From Octopus sinensis (Eukaryota), in the NCBI RefSeq assembly GCF_006345805.1, contig NC_043013.1, forward strand, positions 19,654,001-19,718,000: 64,000 nt of DNA, given 5' to 3'. A model generated the notes under the pieces. It did no database searches, was not told the origin of the DNA, and saw only the letters and a list, made by a program, of their open reading frames with translations. A program made the position numbers and the translations under genes. Of the stretch, positions 51,220 through 64,000 are shown piece by piece. Every line of letters begins with the position of its first letter. Positions within the stretch are counted from its first letter, which is position 1.

Positions 51220-51756
51220 GAGTGCATCAAAGTGACACTGGGGTATAATATACGAAGCCCAGTATACCCATCATGACTACCCGTCTGATAAGGGAACACT
51301 ACGCACACGCAGCACAACCATACGTGCGCGATATGGTGATCACATTCAAGATAAATAGCACATGACCTGGCAGATGGGGCCCAGTTAGAATTTTCTCCTG
51401 GTCAAGTAACCCATCCCGCTCAAAAGGTCCCTGAATAAGGGTTGTTTAAGGATGTTGAACGAACCCTTCATGTTTACAGAGGTGAATTATTCAAACCCCA
51501 AAGCATCCCTTTCAACACACGGCTATGATGCTTCTCTACTACTTTTGCTCATCATCAAAGATGCTCATATCTTCAGCCACTAAGGGACATGCTCAAATGG
51601 TTACGGTCAAACAACTGACAAGCAAATCTATAGTATTGAGCAGAATATTTGCTGCAGCCCATCTTTTATACGAAGACAAAACAAGGTACATGATAACACT
51701 TCCAATCAGTTAAGATCAGAAGTCATGAGAGCCACTGCCTGGTACTGCATCAGGGC
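51220..51756 (-). mobile_element. Non-coding interspersed element embedded in (TAA)n; possibly a Dong/R4 3'UTR
   Basis: (ATT)n on both sides (51147-51219 and 51771 onward); Dong elements are known to target TAA repeats. No coding motif, so the assignment is inferred. Confidence 0.45.
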
Positions 51757-52477
51757 TATGGTACTGCATCCTATTATTATTATCATTATTGATAAAAGAC
51801 ATTTATCGCCCTCCGATTGAATATGCCCGTTAATTTTCAGAGTGTTAGCATATGATTTGAAGCAGATTTGATTGCTTTTGCTAGCATGTCCAGCGACCAG
51901 GTAGTGGCTAAGTTCTCCATGACGACGCAAAGCATTAATATCAGAGAATCTTCGTACATTATTGATTGATTGATTGAAATATTATGTAAATATTAACTCT
52001 TAGAAGCGAATCATTGGTTACGGTTAAGTGAATCTGTGGCCAAGCATGAAATCTTCAAGTATTGACTGGTTCTTTCAACACATTGTTTATTCTGAGTTCG
52101 TCAGTCACTTCAATTGGGTAAGTTCAACTTAAGAGCAAAGAAATTTGACAGGAAAAATATATACATTGTTAATTGCTTCTGTTATGATATCACATATGTC
52201 ATCCGTCGCTATCGACGATGATGATTAAGTTGTTCGATCACCTTACCTACTTTATTTGTTCAATTAACATTTCGGGGCTGGTAGAATACAATGGCCGAGT
52301 ATTGTACGGGTACATGCACCCTTAATATAATGCTGAAGTAGAATCAGCGTGAGACAACATGCAATAAGACTGGAATTTTGAATCCCACTGTGTAACAAAA
52401 TTTTATATTATTGTTTTGTCTCTGGTCAGCAAGTGTTATTTCCTATTTGCTTCTGTCAAGAAATCAAAGGAAATGAC

Positions 52478-52650
52478 GGATCTTTTCAATTTGACCGGCA
52501 GATTTTAAAAATAATTTCTTTGTAACTAAACACTTTAAAACTTTGTACACTGGTAGAATGTAGTTTATAAGCTATTTCTTGTTTAATTTCTTGTATTTCG
52601 TCAATTTCAACCAATCAATGACGTCTATTGAGGTGAATACAATTACATTT
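52478..52650 (+). repeat. Unclassified interspersed repeat, copy 2
   Basis: Homologous to 5860-6070 with an internal deletion. Confidence 0.75.
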
Positions 52651-52699
52651 ATAAAGTGTCTTTGCAAATACATTACTTCTAGCTGTTGTTCTTTTTGTA

Positions 52700-52873
52700 T
52701 AGACCTAGTCGGTCGGCACCGACAACTCCGGCGGTCGCCCGGGACGTCATGTGCTAGGGGGCGCCAAGTAGGTCCTGACAAAGACAAAGGAATTTCCATA
52801 ACCATCAGCTTGTATACGCTGAATATCAGCTTGCTCGGGGCGCCAGCAACCATAGGACCGGCCCTAGACCTAG
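52700..52873. mobile_element. GC-rich hAT-like MITE remnant
   Basis: One end GGACCGGCCCT(A) resembles rc of CAGGGCCGG TIRs; GGGGCGCC subterminal motifs; TAGACCTAG direct repeat at 52700-52708 and 52865-52873. Confidence 0.5.
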
Positions 52874-53487
52874 ATCACTCTTTTCTTGAGTATGCCTACG
52901 ATCACTTTTGGGAGTTTGTAGAATATAATGATAATAAATTTAACCGTTTTATAAAAATGATTTGAGGAAGATTTGGCTGCTAATCTTGCGGATTTGAACG
53001 CCCATGTAGACATTTCTAACCTAAGAATTGTGTTGAAAATTATTGTTCCAATGCCATCATTGAAATGATGAAGACATCACATGTATTTTTGTTTTTGTTT
53101 TTGTTTTTTCTTCTTTCATATAATACGATCGATTCCTATTAACCAAATTCTCATTTATATAATATTTTCCAATTGTTACAGTTATGCTGCAATCTTCAAA
53201 CTTTTTACTTCATTATTATTCCTTTTTTTTTTCCTCCAACGTAAAAGAATATTGCATTACTAACAAAAGCCGGCCATCGAATTAAAGTCTCCTTCTCGCT
53301 TTCCTACACACACACACAAACACACACACACACACAAACACACACACAAACACACACAACACACACACACACAAACACACAAGATATGTTACGGCATAAT
53401 ATAGCTGTAACGAGCCATTGTCTCGTCACCTCGTGCTGCAGAATTACAATCTCGCCTTCCCAGTCTCGCCATCTACATGTGTGTTTA

Positions 53488-53524
<37 letters not shown>

Positions 53525-53897
53525 GTAATTATGCATGCATGTATTTACGTATATACATACACCTATGTATGTGTATGTAAGTATAGGAGGCTGTAATTAC
53601 GATGCCACTAGTATAATCGATCTCATCTGTAATTCCTCGTTCTACAAAGGTTTCCTTTATTCTGAATGCTTAATTCATATGCAAAGTTTTCTGTGAAATT
53701 CTTTCTCTTTTGTTCAATAAATCTTCGCGTAAATTTCATCTTCTCAATTTGTAATCTGCAGTCATATATACATATATACGCTAATCACTTACTCTCTCTC
53801 TCTCCCTCACGATATAGATACATAAATGCATACATACATACATACATATGTATGTGTGTGTATATATATATATTTATTTATATAAATATATATGTGC

Positions 53898-53953
<56 letters not shown>

Positions 53954-54056
53954 ATATATATATATATACATACATATATATATATATACACACACATATA
54001 TATATATATATATATACATACATATATATATATATACATACATATATATATATAAT

Positions 54057-54112
<56 letters not shown>

Positions 54113-54132
54113 ATACACACACATATATATAT

Positions 54133-54165
<33 letters not shown>

Positions 54166-54963
54166 AGATAGATAGATAGATAGATAGACTACAATACACA
54201 GTTACGTACAGATAGACACGCAAATGTGCGCGTGCGCTCACAATATACCAATGAATATTATAAACTTATAATATATCTACATCTCTACACGCACAAACGT
54301 ACCCACAGATTTTTGTGAGTGTGTGTGTGTGTATATATATATATATACACAATTTGTGAATTGCATTCTCGCTGTTCCTGCCTGTAATGTGAAATATATG
54401 CATATTTCTGTAATAGATGACGTAGATATATCAGCATTAAATATAGATAACTCATCTTAAGTACTTCCTATTCAAAGAAAAACGGTTGCAATTACGATAT
54501 TATCGCCATCTTGATTTACCTAGGAGATACCAAGTCAACCACAATGTAACAACTAACTAGAAATAACAGCTATATGATCCGCATCCACATACTATGACGT
54601 ACTACCCTCATAAAGGCTATCTTGGTTAACGAAACCCAGAAAAGACTGTATCTAGTGAAAATATAGACGAGACGATCATGGGCGGAGAATGCCTCTGATG
54701 AAAAATATACTTCATAAAGATTGATTTAGAAGTGGTTCTCTACTATTTTCTTTCTCTTTTTTTTCTACATATGGGACCTTTTGTTTACTATTTTACACTG
54801 CTGGAGCCCTTAGCCATTCGCTATTCAAAAACTAGTTTCGTAGATACTTCTCTCAAAATTCTTCTTTTGTATTTCTGGAGCACCGCCTTTTGTCGACCAA
54901 ATGGAACCCAGGACATACTGTTTGTAAATCTAGTACATATTCTATCGGGATCTTGTGCCTGTC

Positions 54964-55021
<58 letters not shown>

Positions 55022-55066
55022 TATATATGTATATGTATATATATATGTATGTATATATATATATGT

Positions 55067-55135
<69 letters not shown>

Positions 55136-55139
55136 TATG

Positions 55140-55290
55140 TATATGTGTGTTTGTGTCTGTGTTTGTCCCCACCACCACCATCGCTTGACAAGAGACCAAT
55201 GGATTAAGCACCACGCTTACAGGGAATAAGCCCAGGTGTCAATTTCTTCGACAGCATAGCCACCGTCAAATGACTGAAACAAGTAAAAGA
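55140..55290 (+). mobile_element. SINE-A 3' half, degenerate
   Basis: GTGTCTGTGTTTGTCCCC..ATCGCTTGACAA..GTCAAATGACTGAAACAAGTAAAAGA. Confidence 0.75.
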
Positions 55291-56787
55291 ATAGAAGAAT
55301 ATGAGAGAAACGTTCCGTGCCACTAAACCAAACACGCCACTAAACCAAGCGCGCTCTCTGAATATGTACGGAAATTTCATCTGGTTGGAACTGCTCTCCA
55401 TTGACTCGGCTTTTAAAGAAGAAACCAAGTTACTTGACATGGTAGTGATGATACGTCAACGCTATCACAGTGGCTTACTTTGAAATGCTTCCTTAGCGTT
55501 AAAATGCAAACATATTGCTTTCAAGGGGTATTGAGGTCATTTTTGTTCCTCTTTGATTATATCAAGCCGGAACATATCTCCGCTGTCTCTGATATTATTG
55601 CCTTTAGGGCTGTAGTCTTCTTGAAGATTGAGAATTGCTTCATTAGATCGTAAGCAGATTTTCTCGCAATACCTATGGTTTCCAATCTCAATGGCGCGAA
55701 CCATAAAATATCTCGCAGTATTTAGTTTGTATTTTAAAATATGACATCAAATATTGCAACTGCAGACCAAAGCCCCTCCTACTTCCCGTATCGGCAATAT
55801 ATTTGGAGTAATAATAAAACTACTCCACCACCAAAACCACAACCAACATGAATGCTTGCAGACCGAACATTCCTATTTGACAGCATCTCCGTGCCTAATG
55901 AGTTTAACCCTAACCGGCAGTGCTCCACGGTAGCAATATCAGGTCGAAGATTTCTCAAAGAGGCCATTATAGTTCTCGGACCTAAAATCTTCCGAAACGC
56001 CATCACTTTTTCTCGGAACTAGATTTATATATATTGCTAACGTAGAACTTCTCACTACTACAATACCCGACTGGTTGTGAACGGTGAATGTTTGACATTT
56101 CAGTTGCCCGCTCTTGATCTTTATAATAATAACATACATCATAAAACCATCCATATGTTATTGACTAGATTTCCGTTTAATTACTGTCCAAAGTCGGTGG
56201 TTACAGGTTGAGAGGGAGGAAACGGTGAGCATAATCAAAAATCACTGACAATCAAATATTGTAATTTTAGATTCCAAGAGTACAACATTCACAAGAGTTA
56301 CCAATCGTTAGACATAAATATACACGAGAACAACTGTAGTAGCCTAATGTTATTCAAACTATTTCCATACCATTATCGTCCTGATTGGAGCAGTGTGGAG
56401 AATGAAGATTTCAAAAGTTCTCTTCTCAAAGACATTTTTCTTAAACAGACGTCACTAATTTCTCGTCTTCATTCTTCCCACGCACTCTTATAAAGTTCAT
56501 TACGCGATATTTAATAACGGCTTTCTCATTAGCCACGTTTGAGTACAATGGAACTGGTGTCAACACATCTATCGCCACGGGCCCCATTACAATCACTATC
56601 ATCAGCGCCACCAGCGCCCTCCACACACGGCACCTACCATCATTAAAACATTCACGAACAATAGTATGACCAAAATAACAATAACCACATCACAACACTT
56701 CACCATCAGATTCGTTCTTGAAACAAGTAACGGTGTGAAGTGAAAGATATAACGCGTGCAAACATACACAAACACTCACACACACAC

Positions 56788-56828
<41 letters not shown>

Positions 56829-57044
56829 ATGCGCCTTTCTCTCTCTCTCTCTCCCTCTCTCTATCTCTAAATCTATCTATCTGTTTATAATTATGACAAT
56901 TATAAGTCATTAACTTGTAAATTCCTTTATAAAACATATATATGTATATTTATACATATGTTGTGTATGTGTATATCTATGTGCGCTCTATGCGTGCGCA
57001 TACATATGTATGTGAGTGTATCTATCTATCTATCTATCTATCTA

Positions 57045-57087
<43 letters not shown>

Positions 57088-57400
57088 ATATATACATACA
57101 TACCTGCATATGTGTGTATGCACGTCTATGAACACGCAAGCTGTGTACACTTACAACGGTGTCTGCATTACGTTAGGTGTGTGTGTGTGCATACGTACGT
57201 TCATGTTTTATACATACGTGTGTTCGTGCATGCGCGCGTGTGTGTACGTATCTCTAAACGTTAACAATTATATTCACTGCAATGCTCAAGTTCATAGACC
57301 AGCACTCGCACATCAACAGACAGAAGCAAACAAAAAGTATATGTATATAAATATACACACACATATACACATACAACTGTATACTTCAATAAGCACGTAT

Positions 57401-57782
57401 ATAGCCAAACGCAGACGTATACATACAAGCATACATACGTACATACAAACATATATACATATGCATGTGTATATATATGCATATATACACTTGTATATGT
57501 ATATATATATATATAGATATATATATATATATATATATAAATGGCGGTGCCCCAGCATGGCCACAGCTCATGAGCTGAAACTGGAAAAATCAAAATCAAA
57601 ATCAAAATCATACATATGTGTGTATATATATAATATAATATATATATATATATAATATATATAATATATATATATAATATATATACATATATATGCATAT
57701 ATATGCATATATACACATGTATGTGTATATATGTCTGTATGTACGTATGTATGCTTGTATGTATACGTCTGCGTTTGGCTAT
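57401..57782. repeat. Inverted duplication, ~90-bp arms around a ~200-bp spacer
   Basis: ATAGCCAAACGCAGACGTATACATACAAGCATACATACGTACATACA at 57401 has its exact reverse complement ending at 57782. Confidence 0.9.
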
Positions 57783-58136
57783 GTTAATATGCGTGTGCTT
57801 TCGTGCGTACATGACCGTAAGTCGGGTTGTCTCAGCGTAACCAGAACGTCATTGTTACGCACTGTATTAAAGCGCATGTGTGTGTATACGAACGTATACG
57901 AATCAATGAATATACTGTTTTGTGTAGGATTACGTTAGCAGAGGATAACATCAAGTCGAATGAAGAAAGAATTTCTTCAGATTTCTTAGAATTTTCTCAT
58001 TCCCTTCTTCTCGGGGATTCTAAATCTCTTCATCAAACTCTTAGACTTTGCAGAAGACATGCACGATTGACGGCTGCTTTCTTTATGTTTTTGTGTAGCT
58101 GTATTAGTGATACATATGTGTGTATATGCGTATATG

Positions 58137-58172
<36 letters not shown>

Positions 58173-58254
58173 TATATATATATATATACATGCATACGTA
58201 CATATACATACATACATCTAAAATATGTATTTGCATCTCTGTATAATGTATATA

Positions 58255-58286
<32 letters not shown>

Positions 58287-58829
58287 TAATATATATATAC
58301 ATATATATATATATTCGTGTAGGCATATACACGTATTCACAAATAGATATACACATACATACATACATACATATATATATACATATATATATGTAACATA
58401 TATATGTTTTTGTTTGTATATATATATGCATATCTATCTATTTATATATTATAAATATGTGTAATATATATATATATATATATATACATACATACATTCA
58501 TGAATATATATACATTCATATACATACAAATATATGTTTTTGTCTTTGTTTGTGTGTGTATACATGTATATGCATCAACATATACATATCTACATTCATG
58601 CATGCTTAATATATACATTAATCTATAAATAAAAGTTTCTGCACACACAAATACACATGCAAATAAACAGTCACACACGCACATATACACCCACAGCCAC
58701 ACATCTCTGTTTCTCCGTGCATATACAATTAGTGTTTTGGTATGATTGCGTGAGAGACCTGCAGCATTGATATATTTTGCTGATGCAGAAACACGAAAAC
58801 TGTTCCTGCTTTCAAACCACTCCTCCAAC

Positions 58830-59930
58830 CTAACCATGACACTCACTCTACACCATACCGTACTACATCGTACAATGCACACCATACTACGTCGCAGTAC
58901 GCCGCTCCATACCTCGTCCCCCATACCGCCATACACCATACTACAACATAATTTGCCACGCACCAATACACAGTAATACAGTGTACCACATCACATCAAC
59001 AGGCCGCTGACTATTACACTCAGTCATACACTGTATTACATCCCGTCACACATTGTTATGCACTACACTATCCAAAATAGAAGGTCCTACACCTTATTAT
59101 AGACCCTAACCACAGTGTCATACATTCACCATGCCATACCGGACTACAATATACCAAACTATATTACATACACCACACCTCGTTCCACACAGCTGTACAC
59201 CATATTAGACCTCGTCATACACATCTATACAACGAAATGTACTACAACACGATACACCACACCATACTCAATGCTATCATAAAATTAAACTATGCAGTCA
59301 TACACTGCAGTCTGCAGTATACTACACCGCATTACAGTACCATATACCGCACATACACCACCATACATCGTACAAAGCTTGTCAAACATTGCCATACACA
59401 ACACTACATCTCATCATATTCTACTATATACCACACTACATCTCCTCACACATACACTCACGACACCTTGTCATACACCGCCATACATACTGCAAAAGCT
59501 TGTCAAGCACCGTAATACACAACATATCTCGTCACATACCACTATATACCATACTACATCTCGTCACACTCTGCCATACACTCACGACACCGCATCGTAC
59601 TCTACACAGCGTCATACACCATACTACACCTTACCACACACCTCCATACACTCCAGGGACCTTGTCGCACACCGCCATACACCACACTCCATCTCATCAC
59701 ACATCAGCACACACCATACTCTACCTCATCATATACCGCCATATACCACATCTTGCTACATACATTACACTACTCCACAATACACCACTCCACTACACTT
59801 CACCATGGAACCAAACCACTCCGCTATACACTATGTTCAACCACACAATTTTACTCCAGCATACATCAAACTAAACAACTCTATAACCCACACCACTACG
59901 CCCCGCCACCATACACCGATACCAAATCCC
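58830..59930. repeat. Degenerate pentameric (CAYAC/TACAC) satellite-like tract with a ~120-bp internal duplication
   Basis: AAAGCTTGTCAA recurs about 120 bp apart near 59373 and 59495; complementary GTGTR tracts lie at 44930-45960. Confidence 0.75.
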
Positions 59931-60476
59931 CACCATTGCTGTTGTACAGACTGAACAAACACACCATTCCGACTATTACTGTATATACCTGTACTTCTAA
60001 AACATACTCATATACACACCGTCTTATAAACATTTCCACCAATTAGATTAGCTCAAAGGATTACTTACCGCCATCCACTAATATTATAATTATATCTCCA
60101 TTAAATTCCGGTAGGTGGTGCTAGCTTGCACTAGGAGACATTTATTACTGGATTTCAGTTTCTGTGTATTTTCGTTTATATTTTCTGTTTTCTATCATTA
60201 AACCCAGATCTGTGATCGTTGTAGTGTTGTTGTGGTTGTTGTTGTGCTGCTTACTGTTTTTGTTGTTGTTCTTGTAATGCCGGAATGGTGGTAGTAACAC
60301 TGTTCAGATTATATATGTGTTTTTATTTGAGAGAGTGTATGTGCATGTGTGTGTACTTGAGTGAGTATATCGATACAGGCAGACATTTGCAGATACATAT
60401 GTTACATAAACGCATATGTATTATTACATATATACATCTAATTATATAATATATATAATATATATATTATATATAT

Positions 60477-60509
<33 letters not shown>

Positions 60510-60527
60510 TTGATATTATATATACAC

Positions 60528-60565
<38 letters not shown>

Positions 60566-60731
60566 TGCAAGAGATATAACTATATATGTATATTAAAACA
60601 CCACACCACACAGTTATATCCATATATACTTTATTAATATATATATATATGTCTATATATATAATATATATATAGATATATATATTATATATATATATAT
60701 ATAATATATATATATATATACATATATATAG

Positions 60732-60800
<69 letters not shown>

Positions 60801-61207
60801 GTATATACATATATCTATATATACATACATACACACCGCTATGTCCATATATACTTGAATACGTGCCCATAAACATGCACATACTACACTCACGCATAAT
60901 GCTCTTTGCATTTGCAGGCATTATTCCTTTCTAGTTTAGTTTGAAGCGATATATAGAGATTTAAAAAAATAAATTTCAAAAAGAAATCCGGAAATGCTCG
61001 GTTTATCAATAAATACCATTGCCAAATATATCGAAGAATCCTCTTTTTATTTTTACGGACCGATTCTCTTGTACTATGTTGTTTATTGTGTATGTGTATA
61101 AACCTAGTTCTTCTTACAGGAAAGAAAATGGTTTTATGCTGGTTGCTTTTTTAGAAATAGTTTAAAGTTTACCAATGCCTCGTTGCTATTAGGATCTCTA
61201 TAATCAA

Positions 61208-61307
61208 NNNNNNNNNNNNNNNNNNNNNNNNNNNNNNNNNNNNNNNNNNNNNNNNNNNNNNNNNNNNNNNNNNNNNNNNNNNNNNNNNNNNNNNNNNNNN
61301 NNNNNNN
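61208..61307. other. Assembly gap (100 N)
   Basis: Direct. Confidence 1.
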
Positions 61308-61402
61308 GTTAAACCCTCCTTCTTTCCTTAGAGTCCAATAATACTATACTTGTTACACGTCCTTGCGTTGTTGTGTTTTTTTGTGCTTTCCTGTTTGGAT
61401 TA

Positions 61403-61410
<8 letters not shown>
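61308..61410 (+). mobile_element. Third (partial) copy of the Penelope-like element, cut by the gap
   Basis: GTTAAACCCTCCTTC..GTCCAATAATACTATACTTGTT.CACGTCC..GTTTGGATTAACT, then (TA)n. Confidence 0.75.
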
Positions 61411-61434
<24 letters not shown>

Positions 61435-63619
61435 CGCTTAGGTATTACGATGCTATTAACCTAATCCAGGCTATCGGTATTACAACACATTTCTTCTGGT
61501 GAACGATACGTTAGTTAGGTACAGTACAGTGATAAATAATTTGCAAATAAATTCCGTTTCATGTTTGAGGCTTTGATGAAACTAAGTTGTTACTCAGGCA
61601 CTGAACTATGAGACCACTGCAAGCTAATGTAGTTCATAAGATTATCAATTATTCCTTTGTCATCTCACTTCTTACACACACACACACACACATATATATG
61701 TATGTATGTATATATTTATGTATATATATATATATGTATATATGTATGTATGTATATATGTATGTATGTATGCATGTATATGTACATAGATAAATACGTA
61801 CATACATAGGTGATGCGAGTCTCTTTGTATCTGTTTCTGATCACCACAACCTTAAAATAACACGCTCTCCGGGGGATTGACCGATTAAGGTGATGCCCCA
61901 GCATGGGCAAAGACTTATTATCCCTGAAACAAATAAACGATAAGAAACGTATCGATACATATATCTCTTAACATCCGCGCCCTCTATCTCACTCTTTCTC
62001 TTTCTCTCTCTCCCTTTCTATTATTCCACACTCACACACACACACACATAGAGATACAGTCGCACCAACACACACACACGCACGCACACATATCGTATCA
62101 ATTGCAGTCTAATTCCAGTGCTTCTTAAAAGTGTTTTAATATTCATATGCTGAGATATTTACACGTTGTTATAACGACGAAACCAATGCGTTGTCACCCG
62201 ATACGCTAGAAATAGAAGTTAGATCTGGCTATAAACCACACCCTACAGACATAAAAATAGGCAGCTTAATGATACAATAGGAAACACAATGACACAACTA
62301 TTGGAATATCAAAGAAAATGATTGATCATAAGTCTGTTATATCAGAGCCGAACTTCGCCTGACCAATAACAACATCAACAAGAATAAGAACAGCGACAGC
62401 AACAACAATTGACTGGTGTTATTTTGTTATTGCTGTTGTTGTGTCTGGGGATGCAGAACAAGACACCATAATGTTGATAGGATTTGAAAGCTAAAAATAC
62501 TTCTTTTGCTTCATTATTTTATTGTTTGGACCAATAACGATTTAAAATGTGAATTATTAATTCAACAGGCGCATATCTAGACTCGTAGTGTCTGCTAGAA
62601 ATAGCAACAATATATCCTTTAAAATCCACCTTTACTCTCCTAAGAAACGAGACACACGATAAATACTTCCTTCAACTGACAAAATAAAGAGGGTGGTTAT
62701 AAATAGAACACTTTCGATCATAAGTCAATTAGATCAAGATTGATCCCTGAATCTTAAAAAACATCAACAATAATAAGTTCAAAATGATGCAGTTTAGAAG
62801 AACAGCTAGAGTACTTAAATAGTTGTGATATAGAATTCAATATTTTGAAGTTACTGACCAAAATTACTAACAATATTAAAATTTTTTAGAATAAATAAAA
62901 GCACAAGAAAGACGCCTTTTAAAAACGGTAAATCGCGAAGCAAATAAGGCTATAAAAAAGTAGTGTGTAAATATTAGGTTAAAAATCAACTTTGGATTGA
63001 AAAATTGAATGATTGCTCGTAGGACTCGACCTTACTCATCCTGTAGAAATCACAGGCGTTCTACCACTGGTTCAAACCCACCTTTCGAGTTTCTTTATTT
63101 TCGAAAACTGATTCTTACCAGTGATGATGTAAATTTTTTAGAAATAGCGAATTTCGAGATTCACATTTTCTAAAACGAATTATTCACTGTTCTCGAAGGT
63201 TCTGGATTCTTGTGACGTCGACAATAAACGACAACAACAAAATCCCATTAATTATTTTATAATCCCACTCCACATATTAATTATTGTGATGTAATCATGT
63301 ATCTCTTATTTAAATGTTTCCTTCACAAAAAGTTACAAAAAAATTGCATATAACCATAACGAAGTGATGACGTCATCCTGAGAACATAATGATGATTGTA
63401 GTTGTAGGTGTTGTTGTTGCTGGTGCTGTTGATTTTGTTCTTGTTTATTTGCCCCGAGTCAACCCAGATCTAGGGACTGGGGAAGAGCAAACCTCTAATC
63501 AAATGCACTCGAACCATAAATAGCCCTGTCTATCAAGGACAACATTTATCTAACGTGTTGGGTATTTTAAGTGTCTGAAGTGAGGGATATTTGCGGCAGT
63601 TAATTCTAACAGATCTCTT

Positions 63620-63796
63620 TTACGTGTTTCAGCCATTTGACTACGGCCGTGCTGGAGCACCGCCTTTAATCGAGCAAATCGACCCCTTATTCTTTGTAAG
63701 CCTAGTATTTATTCTATCGTACTCTTTCGTCGAACCGCTAAGTTACGGGGACGTAACACAGACACACAAACATATACACACACATGCATACACACA

Positions 63797-63839
<43 letters not shown>

Positions 63840-63997
63840 TATATTATATATACATGTCTACTAAATCCACCCACAAGGCTTTGGTCGGCCCGAGGATATA
63901 GTAGAAGACACTTGCCCAAGTTGCCAGGCAGTGGGACCAAAACAGGAACCATGTGGTTGGTAAGCAAGCTATTTACCACACAGCCACTCCTGCGCCT
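63620..63997 (-). mobile_element. SINE-A, full length
   Basis: Head rc CCACACAGCCACTCCTGCGCC at the window end, internal (TA)n, tail at 63620-63775. Confidence 0.9.
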
Positions 63998-64000
63998 CTC

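Noticed and set aside
56441-56626. 61-aa minus-strand ORF with hydrophobic N-terminus; plus-strand acceptor-like ttaaacag
   Set aside because: It starts at GTG next to a low-complexity (CAC/CAT) tract, has no recognisable homology and no matching donor.
59237-60046. His/Thr/Tyr-rich ORFs in several frames
   Set aside because: Product of the G-poor pentameric tract.

Overview
AT-rich, extremely microsatellite-dense eukaryotic DNA. The SINE families and repeat landscape match what I recall of incirrate octopus (Octopus sp.) genomes; this is recognition, not a database result. There is one 100-N scaffold gap at 61208-61307. I find no recognisable host protein-coding gene, tRNA/rRNA or CRISPR array, and almost every ORF in the track is a translated (TA)n/(CA)n/(GT)n run. 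The window looks intronic or intergenic and is a transposon graveyard. It holds at least 4 tRNA-derived SINE families (working labels A-D), LINE fossils (RTE, two CR1-like, two Tx1/L1, R4/Dong, Hero/R2-like), a mariner transposase pseudogene, hAT MITEs and a hAT C-terminal remnant, and two non-autonomous Helitrons. The most interesting signals are: (i) a ~200-bp (TA)n-embedded element in 3 copies carrying a minimal type-I hammerhead-ribozyme motif of Penelope type, with an intact core in the copy at 17383-17417; (ii) six local fold-back or inverted duplications, one of which carries a degenerate hammerhead-like layout; (iii) three SINE-B1 insertions with ~15-bp TSDs that start with a shared TAT(TTC)-like motif complementary to the SINE 3' end; (iv) SINEs and Helitrons that swap modules.
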